DNA from: Elusimicrobiota bacterium
Lineage (GTDB): Bacteria > Elusimicrobiota > Elusimicrobia > UBA1565
Direction: 5' to 3'
Length of the DNA stretch: 15,691 nucleotides
Assembly (NCBI GenBank): GCA_043827405.1
Contig: JBDRPD010000004.1
Span: 1-15,691, forward strand
Positions within the stretch are counted from its first letter, which is position 1, and every line of letters starts with the position of its first letter. Under the pieces are notes generated by a model. That model searched no databases. It was given only the letters and a program-made list of their open reading frames with translations, and had not been told where the DNA came from. This document shows, piece after piece, positions 1 through 7,536 of the stretch. A program made the position numbers and the translations under genes.

Positions 1-873
1 TCTGTCTGGCTGGCCATCAACGGCGAAACCGATCCGCTGGCCACCGTGCGCTTCTACCTCGGAAACAGCGCCGAACTCGCCGCTGCCGGGGCCGACGCCA
101 TGGGAGCCTTCGCGAGCGCGCCGCTCGCCGTCACCCAAGCCCTGGTTGAAGGCACGAATGTCCTGCGGGCCCAAGCGGTCAAAGACTCCTATACCTCGCC
201 CATTATGCAGCGGACCTTGGTCTACGACCTGGTGCCGCCGACCGCCTCGGGAGAAACGCCGACGGGGACGGCCGTCAGCTACACGCCCTTCGTCGGCGTT
301 GATCTGGCGGATACCGGCGCTTCCACCAACGCCGTGAGCGGCATTTGTCCCGACATCATCACCATGAAGGTGAACGGGCAGGAAGTGAACGCAATCTTCG
401 ACGACGGGACGCTGGTATGGATCGATTCGACCACGCAAACCGTCCCGGTGCTGGCCGCAGGAGCCTATAACGTCGAGGTCGAAGCGGGAGACTATGCGGG
501 CTACAAACTTGCGGCTTCCTGGTCCTTCACGGTGGCGGTCCCCGTCACCGACCACTCCGCCCCGGCGACTGCGGACCCCACGCCCAGCGGCGCCGCAGGC
601 TCGCGTCTGCCGGTGATATCGCTCAAAGTATTCGACAACCAGAGCGGGATCATTCCGTCGAGCATCGTCATGATGGTGGACGGGATCACCGTGGTGGACG
701 CAGCGAATATCGACGCGGCCTACGACGCCGGGGAAGACCTGGTCTCCTACACTCCGCCCGCCGAGTTCGCCGCGGGCAGCGCCCATACCGTAGAAGTCTC
801 AGCCAGCCACTGGGCAACCGATCCGGCGGACAAGGTGACCGATACCCGCAGTTGGGGATTCTTCGTCCCATGA
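1..873 (+). CDS. C-terminal part of a large, probably secreted/surface protein with tandem Ig-like beta-sandwich modules (5' truncated by the window)
   Basis: Frame +1 is open from base 1 (SVWLAINGETDPLATV...), so the GTG at 46 is probably not the true start. Two clearly related modules: D-x-x-x-P..TP.G....P......D...SGI.P..I.M.V(N/D)G...G...VEV.A.....SW.F at about 226-534 and 550-870. The sequence is rich in T/A/V/D. TGA at 871-873 overlaps the next ATG. Confidence 0.75.
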   Translation, partial: SVWLAINGETDPLATVRFYLGNSAELAAAGADAMGAFASAPLAVTQALVEGTNVLRAQAVKDSYTSPIMQRTLVYDLVPPTASGETPTGTAVSYTPFVGVDLADTGASTNAVSGICPDIITMKVNGQEVNAIFDDGTLVWIDSTTQTVPVLAAGAYNVEVEAGDYAGYKLAASWSFTVAVPVTDHSAPATADPTPSGAAGSRLPVISLKVFDNQSGIIPSSIVMMVDGITVVDAANIDAAYDAGEDLVSYTPPAEFAAGSAHTVEVSASHWATDPADKVTDTRSWGFFVP

Positions 874-1703
874 TGAGAAACGAAAACGGCGTGACCTTGC
901 TGGAACTGATGCTGGGGATGGCCATCATGGCGATCATGGCGGCCGCTTTCGCCAGCCTGCTGAAGTACTCCTCCGCCGTCACCGTTAAGGCCCGGCTCGC
1001 GGGCGAAGCGCAGGAAGACACACGCCAAGCGCTGGCCAAAATCGAGGAGGCGCTCGCGCATGCCAATGAGATCACGGTATCCTCCGCGGCATTCGTCGAA
1101 TTCGTCTGCGACTACGAAAAGAGCCCGGATTACGACCCCAACGGCGACCTGGACGGCGACGGCATCCCGAACTTCCGCGACGCCGACCGCGATGCCGACG
1201 CCTTCCTGCTGATGCCGGCGACCGCGCAGTGGCAGACCGGCTTCAACCTAAAAGACGATGACGAGGACGGCGACGGCGCGGTCGACGTACGCCGCCGCAT
1301 CTACTTCACCGGCGGCGAAATCCGGATGGATACCAGCGTCAACCAGGACGCCTGGGGGGGAAGGGTGACGGTTCTCATGAAGGAAGTCGACAGCTTCACG
1401 CTGACCTATCTGGGGAGCAAGGCCAACCCCCTGGGCAAAGCGATCGACTTCGGAGCCGACGGCAATCCCGGTACGGGCGACGACGGCGAGGGCGACGGCA
1501 TCATCACCGGCACGGAGATGGACATGGTCGACGCTCCCGACGGGATGGGTAATCGCAACGGACTGCTGGACACGAAAAACGAAAGACGCTACGCGACCAC
1601 GGTACGCGTGGCCTTGACCGTGGACCGCAACCACGATGGGAAAAATGACTATGGAGTGGAAACGGATGTATTTCCCGCCTTGCTGGCGCTCAAAAGCCAG
1701 TAA
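870..1703 (+). CDS. Prepilin-type N-terminal cleavage domain protein (PilW/PulJ-like minor pilin) with Asp-rich DxDGDG motifs
   Basis: Class III signal MMRNENG|VTLLELMLGMAIMAIMAAAF (Gly-1, Glu+5, hydrophobic helix). ATG 870 (ATGA overlap) or ATG 873 (TGATG overlap) couples it to the upstream stop and is preferred over the TTG at 852. Confidence 0.85.
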   Translation: MMRNENGVTLLELMLGMAIMAIMAAAFASLLKYSSAVTVKARLAGEAQEDTRQALAKIEEALAHANEITVSSAAFVEFVCDYEKSPDYDPNGDLDGDGIPNFRDADRDADAFLLMPATAQWQTGFNLKDDDEDGDGAVDVRRRIYFTGGEIRMDTSVNQDAWGGRVTVLMKEVDSFTLTYLGSKANPLGKAIDFGADGNPGTGDDGEGDGIITGTEMDMVDAPDGMGNRNGLLDTKNERRYATTVRVALTVDRNHDGKNDYGVETDVFPALLALKSQ

Positions 1704-2946
1704 GCGCAGGGGCCGGACCGGGCAGGCGCTCATCATGGCGCTGTTCTTGATCCTGCTGGTCCTGCCGATCGGCATCACGTTCTACAAGTACGCCAACCAG
1801 ACGCTAAAAAGCTCGCTGCAGGAACGGCGCCAGAAGACCGCGGCGCAAATCGCCAACAGCGCCTTGACCGACTATATGCGGCAGTTCTCGCAGGACGCCT
1901 ACAACGGGCACTACGACGTTTCCTCGCTCGACCGGCCGGAAGCTTTTTACTCCTCGGGATTCTCCAGCGTCACCTATGTCGCCGACGAGCTGAACCGTAC
2001 GGTCTATCTCAACGCGGTGGGGACCTACGGCACGTCGGACAACAAGCTGGCCAGCAAGCGGCTGGAGGCGCTGATCCAGTTCTCGTCCGACCTCACGCAG
2101 TACGGGACCATGGTCAACGGCCCGTTCACCATCTCGGCGAGCAACGTCGCCTACGAAGGCGGCCTATGGATCAACGGCAACCTCAACGTCACCGGCAGCA
2201 ATGTCCGCTTCAACGGCGGGCCCCTCGTCGTCATGGGCAACCTCTCGGGCGCGGCCTCGGTGGTGCTCGACGGCGACCTTTACTACAACGGGACCAGCGC
2301 CGGAAGCGTCACCGTCCTGGGCGTCAAGTACAACTACGTGCCGGCCACCAGCTGGCCGAGCCTGGACTTCAATTACTACGACGCGCACTACACCTTCAAG
2401 TCGACCACCGACCGCACCGTGATCTTCAACGCGGACGGGACCTTCACCGTGGTGGGCGATACGACCTACGCCATCCCCGCCACCGGCGCCATCATCTACT
2501 GCGAAAACTGCGACCTCGAGGTCAGCGGCGCCGTCAGCGGCCGGGTGACTGTAATCGCCGGCGCCGCGACCGGCAACTGCGGCAGCGCCGACGGCAAAAT
2601 CACCGTCGTCGACAACCTCTATTACGTCGGGGCGAGCTCGATCACGGCCAACAGCCAGGCCTCGTTCGCGGCGCTGGCGCGCAACTGCATCACGTTCGCG
2701 AAAACGGGCCAAGACCTGGTCGTGGTGGGCGTATATTTCGTGGAGCAGGGAACGAGCAATATGAAGATGTCCGGCTCCAGCGGCAAGCGGTTCTGGCTCT
2801 ACGGAGTGCGCACGCAGGGGATCAGCATCAGCCCCAGCAGCTCATTCAATAATGGACGCTCGCTCATTTACGACGCGGGCCTGCGCGCCTATCCGCCGCC
2901 CGGCCTGCCGGAAAAGGCGCTGCTGGTCAACTGGAACCTGCACTAA
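1666..2946 (+). CDS. PilX-like minor pilin / pilus assembly protein with a beta-rich C-terminal domain
   Basis: Basic leader ...SKRRGRTG|QALIMALFLILLVLPIG, lacking Glu+5 as in PilX/GspK-class pilins. G/N/S/V-rich beta-helix-like repeats (GGLWINGNLNVTG, GPLVVMGNLSG, DGDLYYNG) and a C-terminal ...YD....PPG.......W motif. The start is uncertain (ATG 1636/1645/1651/1666); 1666 has GGAG at 1653-1656 upstream. Confidence 0.75.
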   Translation: MYFPPCWRSKASKRRGRTGQALIMALFLILLVLPIGITFYKYANQTLKSSLQERRQKTAAQIANSALTDYMRQFSQDAYNGHYDVSSLDRPEAFYSSGFSSVTYVADELNRTVYLNAVGTYGTSDNKLASKRLEALIQFSSDLTQYGTMVNGPFTISASNVAYEGGLWINGNLNVTGSNVRFNGGPLVVMGNLSGAASVVLDGDLYYNGTSAGSVTVLGVKYNYVPATSWPSLDFNYYDAHYTFKSTTDRTVIFNADGTFTVVGDTTYAIPATGAIIYCENCDLEVSGAVSGRVTVIAGAATGNCGSADGKITVVDNLYYVGASSITANSQASFAALARNCITFAKTGQDLVVVGVYFVEQGTSNMKMSGSSGKRFWLYGVRTQGISISPSSSFNNGRSLIYDAGLRAYPPPGLPEKALLVNWNLH

Positions 2947-2958
2947 ATAAATACCTCC

Positions 2959-3011
2959 GCATTTTTCAGCATTTTTACCCCTTGTGCCCACGATCAGGAG
3001 ATTTATATCCT
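2959..3011 (+). promoter_or_regulatory. Putative sigma70-type promoter of the receiver-gltA operon with phased T-tracts
   Basis: TTGTGC (2982-2987)-N18-TATCCT (3006-3011), preceded by GCATTTTT at 2959-2966 and 2969-2976, in an AT-rich intergenic gap. Confidence 0.4.
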
Positions 3012-3019
3012 ATGGGCGG

Positions 3020-3406
3020 ATGAAGCCATTTATTCTGGTCGTTGATGATGATCCGAATGTCGGGCCGCTCTTGACCGATTCCCTGGAATCGCAAGGCTAC
3101 CGCGTCACGTACTGCAGCGACGCGGCACAGGCCCTCATCCAGCTCGAAAATCTGCGGGTCGGGCTGCTGATCTCCGACATCATGATGCCGGGCTTCGGAA
3201 CCGGGGTGGACGCCTACCGCAAGATTCGCGCCAACCCGGACCGGAAGGAAATTCTTCCGGCGATTTTCCTGACGGGACTGACGCCCGACGAGGCGGACAA
3301 GCATGTCCCGAAAGGAGATCCGCATATCCGGCTGCTGCACAAACCGACGTCGTTAAAAAATCTAATGAACGCAATTAAGGAACTGACGGGGGAGAAACTC
3401 AAATGA
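3020..3406 (+). CDS. Stand-alone response regulator receiver (CheY-like) protein
   Basis: MKPFILVVDDD acidic pocket, phosphoacceptor in LLISDIMMPG, Thr in IFLTG and Lys-Pro in LLHKP; no output domain. ATG 3020 is preferred over GTG 2984 because the receiver fold starts there. Confidence 0.9.
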   Translation: MKPFILVVDDDPNVGPLLTDSLESQGYRVTYCSDAAQALIQLENLRVGLLISDIMMPGFGTGVDAYRKIRANPDRKEILPAIFLTGLTPDEADKHVPKGDPHIRLLHKPTSLKNLMNAIKELTGEKLK

Positions 3407-4737
3407 CCACCAAAACGAATGCGTCCACCAGCTCCGCCAAGGCGGAGAAAGCCGAGACGGCAATCATCAAGCTCGGCGGCAAGGAGTACGAGTATCCGAT
3501 TATCGTCGGCTCAGAGGGTGAGCGCGGCATCGACATCCGCAAGCTCCGCGGCGAGACCGGACATATCACCTACGACCCGGGCTACGTAAACACCGGGGCC
3601 TGCGACAGCGCCATCACCTTTATCGACGGCGAGAAGGGAATTCTGAACTACCGGGGCATCCCGATCGATGAGATTTGCGCGAAGTCCGACTTCATCGAGG
3701 CCTCATATCTCTGCATCTACGGCAGGCTCCCGAACCAGCAGGAGCTCGACAAGTTCCGCGACGAGATCAAGCACGAGACCATGATCCACGAGGACATGAA
3801 GCGCTTCTACGACGGCTTCCCGCGGGACGCCCATCCGATGGCGATTTTGTCCTCGGCGGTCAATACCGTCTCGACCTTCCACGACTCCGCCCTGCACCCG
3901 GCGGCCGACGTGGGCTACGACAATATCGACATCATCCGGCTGATCGCCAAGCTGCCGACCATCGCGGCCTATGCCTACAAGAAGTCGACGGGGCTGCCGG
4001 GCATCTACCCGCGCGTCAAGTACAGCTACGCCGCCAACTTCCTGTGGATGATGTTCGGCACCCGCATCGAGGACTACGAGCCGGACCCGATCGCCGAGAA
4101 GGCTATCGACCAGCTCCTCATGCTGCATATCGACCACGAGCAGAACTGCAGCACCTCGACGGTACGTCTCGTCGGCAGCAGCCGCGCGAACCTCTACGCC
4201 TCGATCTCGGCCGGCATCGCCGCGCTGTGGGGCCCGCTCCACGGCGGCGCCAACCAGGCGGTCCTCGAGATGCTCGAAGTCATCCGCAAGGACGGCTGCA
4301 ACTACCAGAAGTACGTCGACATGGTCAAGGACAAGCAAAGCGGCTTCAAGCTCATGGGCTTCGGCCACCGGGTCTACAAGAACTTCGACCCGCGCGCCAG
4401 GATCATCAAGAAGTCGGCCGACGTGCTGCTCAAGAAGCTCGGCGTCGATGACCCGCTGCTTGAGATCGCCATGCGGCTCGAGGAGATCGCGCTCAAGGAT
4501 CCGTACTTCGCCGAGCGCAAGCTCTACCCGAACGTCGACTTCTACAGCGGCATCATCTACAAGGCCCTCGGCATCCCGACCAACATGTTCACCGTCATGT
4601 TCGCGATCGGACGCCTCCCGGGCTGGATCGCCCAGTGGAAGGAGATGGTCGACGACTTCCAGCGCATCGGCCGTCCCCGGCAGATCTACACCGGGAACAC
4701 GCTGACCAAGTATACGCCGATGGACAAGAGGAAGTAG
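3403..4737 (+). CDS. gltA: Citrate synthase (type II, Gram-negative-like)
   Basis: YDPGYVNT, SAITFIDGEKGILNYRG, DHEQNCSTSTVR, and catalytic motifs GPLHGGAN, MGFGHRVYKNFDPRA and YPNVDFYSG; C-terminal IGRPRQIY. Confidence 0.97.
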   Translation: MTTKTNASTSSAKAEKAETAIIKLGGKEYEYPIIVGSEGERGIDIRKLRGETGHITYDPGYVNTGACDSAITFIDGEKGILNYRGIPIDEICAKSDFIEASYLCIYGRLPNQQELDKFRDEIKHETMIHEDMKRFYDGFPRDAHPMAILSSAVNTVSTFHDSALHPAADVGYDNIDIIRLIAKLPTIAAYAYKKSTGLPGIYPRVKYSYAANFLWMMFGTRIEDYEPDPIAEKAIDQLLMLHIDHEQNCSTSTVRLVGSSRANLYASISAGIAALWGPLHGGANQAVLEMLEVIRKDGCNYQKYVDMVKDKQSGFKLMGFGHRVYKNFDPRARIIKKSADVLLKKLGVDDPLLEIAMRLEEIALKDPYFAERKLYPNVDFYSGIIYKALGIPTNMFTVMFAIGRLPGWIAQWKEMVDDFQRIGRPRQIYTGNTLTKYTPMDKRK

Positions 4738-4750
4738 CGGCCGGCCAGCA

Positions 4751-5950
4751 ATGCCCCAAAAGTCGCCTTTTCACGAGCGGACATCCGCTCTGTGCAAGAG
4801 CTTCCGTTGGAAGGAGTGGGCGGGCTACTACGCCGTCTGCTACTACGACATGTGCCACGAGCCCGAGTACATGGCCTTCCGCCATGCGGCGGGCCTGCTC
4901 GACGTCACCCCGCTGTTCAAATACCGGTTAGCGGGGCCCGACGCGGCGGCCTTCCTGTCGTACGTCATGACGCGCGACGTGCGCCGGCTCAAGCTCAACC
5001 AGGTGACCTATGTCTGCTGGTGCGACGAACGGGGCAAGATACTCGACGACGGCACCGTGGCCCGCTTAGGCGAAAACGCCTATCGGGTCACGGCCGCCGT
5101 CCCGACTTTCGCCTGGTTTGAGCGCAACTCCCGGGGCTTCGACGTCGAGATCGAAGACGTATCCGACCAGCTCGCCGTGCTCGCCCTGCAGGGACCGCGC
5201 TCGCGCGACATATTAAAGAACGTGGTCAAAGACTGCGACATCGACCAGCTCCGGTTCTTTCGCGCCGCGCAGGCCAAGCTCGACGGCTTCGAGGCGACGA
5301 TCACGCGGACCGGCTATACCGGGGATCTGGGCTATGAGCTCTGGGTGCCGAACAAAGACGCATTGCGCCTGTGGGACGTGCTCATCGACGGCGGGCAGCC
5401 CCACCGCATCCTGCCCGCGGGCCTCGACGCGCTCGACATGACGCGGGTGGAAGCCGGCTTTATCATGCTGGACGTCGACTACTTCTGCGCCAAGGACTGC
5501 ATGATCGAGTCCCGCAAGTCCACGCCCTTTGAGGTGGACCTCGGCTGGACGGTACAGCTGGACCGCGAGCCCTTTATCGGCCAGGAAGCGCTCAAGCGCG
5601 AACGGGAGGAAGGCTCCAAGTACGCCTTCGTGGGCCTGGATATCGACTGGCCCGCGCTGGAGAGCCTGTTCGATAAAGTAGGCCTGCCGCCGCAGCTGCC
5701 GCACGGCGCGTGGCGCACGCCGATTCCCGTCTACTGCGACGGCGACCAGATCGGTCAGGCCACCAGCGGAACATGGTCGCCGACCCTCAAGCGCAACCTC
5801 GCGCTCGCCACCGTGGAAGCCCCGTACGCCGAGCCGGGCACCGAGCTGCAAATCGAAGTCACCGTCGAATTTGCGCGCAAGCTCACCACCGCCACCGTGG
5901 TCAAGAAGCCGTTCTTCGACCCTGAACGCAAAAGGATGAAGTTTGCATGA
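4751..5950 (+). CDS. Aminomethyltransferase (GcvT/DmdA/LigM) family folate-binding protein
   Basis: SPFHER, EYMAFRHAAGLLDVTPLFKY, GKILDDGTV, LALQGPRSR, TRTGYTGDLGYELW, ALDMTRVEAG, TSGTWSPTL..NLALA, PFFDPER. No gcvH/gcvP nearby, so it is not called gcvT. Confidence 0.92.
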   Translation: MPQKSPFHERTSALCKSFRWKEWAGYYAVCYYDMCHEPEYMAFRHAAGLLDVTPLFKYRLAGPDAAAFLSYVMTRDVRRLKLNQVTYVCWCDERGKILDDGTVARLGENAYRVTAAVPTFAWFERNSRGFDVEIEDVSDQLAVLALQGPRSRDILKNVVKDCDIDQLRFFRAAQAKLDGFEATITRTGYTGDLGYELWVPNKDALRLWDVLIDGGQPHRILPAGLDALDMTRVEAGFIMLDVDYFCAKDCMIESRKSTPFEVDLGWTVQLDREPFIGQEALKREREEGSKYAFVGLDIDWPALESLFDKVGLPPQLPHGAWRTPIPVYCDGDQIGQATSGTWSPTLKRNLALATVEAPYAEPGTELQIEVTVEFARKLTTATVVKKPFFDPERKRMKFA

Positions 5951-7536
5951 GCAAGATATACGACGCGATCGTAGTGGGCGGCGGCCATAACGGCCTGATC
6001 TGCGCCGCCTATCTCGCCAAGGCGGGCCGCGACGTGCTCGTCCTCGAGCGCCGCCACGTGCTGGGCGGCTCGGCGGTCAGCGAGGAAATCTATCCGGGCT
6101 TCACCTTCTCGTCGTGCTCCTACGTCGTCAGCCTGCTGCGCCCCCATATCATCCGCGACCTCGGCCTCGCCAAGCACGGCCTCGACATCATCCCGCTGCC
6201 CTGCTCGTTTTCACCGCTTCCCGACGGCGACTCCCTGTGCCGCTGGGACGACGGCGAGCGGACGCGCCGCGAAGTAGCGCGCTTCTCTCCGCGCGACGCC
6301 GAACGGCTGCCGGAATTCGGCCGGGCGATGGTGCAGATGGCGCGCTTCGTCAAGCCCATCATCGACCAGCCGGCTTTCGATCCCGGCTCGCTCAACCCGC
6401 TGGAGCTCGTCGACCTGCTTAAGACCGGCAACCGCTTCCGCGGCCTGGGCAAGGACAAGATGACGCAGCTGGTCAAGATGATGACCCTGTCGGCGGTGGA
6501 CTTCCTGGATCAGTGGTTTGAATCGGAAGTCCTCAAGGCCCCGATGTCGGTCAGCGGCATCATCGGCACCTTCCTCGGCGTCCGCTCGCCGGGGACGGCC
6601 TATGTCCTGCTGCACCACTATATGGGGGAAATCGACGGCGCCTTCCGCTCTTGGGGGCTGTCGCGCGGCGGAACCGGCGAGATCAGCATGTCCTGCGCCC
6701 GCGCCGCGCAGTCCTTCGGCGCCGAGATCCGCACCAAGTCGCCGGTCGCCAAGATTCTGATCAAGCACGGCGAAGCGCGCGGCGTCGTGCTGGAGAACGG
6801 CGACGAGCTGCGCGCCCGCACCGTGGTCTCCGGCGTCGATCCCAGCCTCACCTTTCTGCAGATGGTCGACTCCGAACACCTCGAGCCCGACTTCATAAAA
6901 TCCATCAAGCGCTATAAATTCCGCGGCAGCTCCGGCAAGGTCAACCTCGCGGTCGACCGCGTGCCTGATTTTAAGTGCCGGCCCGGCGACGGACCGCACC
7001 TGCGCGGCGACATCGCGATCGCCCCGTCGATCGACTATCTGGAGCGCGCCTACGACGAAGCCAAGTACGGCGATTTCTCCAAGCGCCCCTACATCAATGT
7101 GGTGATTCCGTCCCTGGTCGATCCGACCGTCGCGCCGCCGGGCAAGCATGTAATCTCCTGCTTTGTGCAGTACGCGCCCTACAACATCAAGGAAGGCCCG
7201 GAGAACTGGCCTAAAAAGCGCGAGGCCTTCGGCGATGCGGTTGTAGACACCTTGGCCGAATACATCCCCGGCCTCAAGGAATCCATCCTCCACCGCCACG
7301 TCATCACGCCCTGGGACCTGGAGCAGGAGTACGGCCTGACCGAGGGCAATATCTTTCACGGCGAACTCAGCCTGGAGCAGCTCGCCTTCCTGCGCCCCAC
7401 GGCGGACTATGCCCGCTACGAGACGCCCATCGACGGGCTCTACCTATGCGGCTCCGGCGCCCATCCGGGCGGCGGCATCATGGGAGCGCCCGGCGAGCTC
7501 GCCTCGCGCACCATGCTGTCGGGAGGGGTGATATGA
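5947..7536 (+). CDS. Phytoene-dehydrogenase-like FAD-dependent oxidoreductase (COG1233/PYROXD2-like), subunit A
   Basis: Rossmann motif YDAIVVGGGHNGL..AAYLAKAG..VLVLERR...GG, SYVVSLL, GTAYVLLHHYMGE, TPWDLE...GLTEGNIFHG and GLYLCGSGAHPGGG. ATGA overlap with the upstream gene. Confidence 0.92.
   Translation: MSKIYDAIVVGGGHNGLICAAYLAKAGRDVLVLERRHVLGGSAVSEEIYPGFTFSSCSYVVSLLRPHIIRDLGLAKHGLDIIPLPCSFSPLPDGDSLCRWDDGERTRREVARFSPRDAERLPEFGRAMVQMARFVKPIIDQPAFDPGSLNPLELVDLLKTGNRFRGLGKDKMTQLVKMMTLSAVDFLDQWFESEVLKAPMSVSGIIGTFLGVRSPGTAYVLLHHYMGEIDGAFRSWGLSRGGTGEISMSCARAAQSFGAEIRTKSPVAKILIKHGEARGVVLENGDELRARTVVSGVDPSLTFLQMVDSEHLEPDFIKSIKRYKFRGSSGKVNLAVDRVPDFKCRPGDGPHLRGDIAIAPSIDYLERAYDEAKYGDFSKRPYINVVIPSLVDPTVAPPGKHVISCFVQYAPYNIKEGPENWPKKREAFGDAVVDTLAEYIPGLKESILHRHVITPWDLEQEYGLTEGNIFHGELSLEQLAFLRPTADYARYETPIDGLYLCGSGAHPGGGIMGAPGELASRTMLSGGVI

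Noticed and set aside
4751..5950. Glycine cleavage system T protein (gcvT)
   Set aside because: No gcvH/gcvP adjacent, and it is coupled to flavoproteins instead; only the family-level call is supported.
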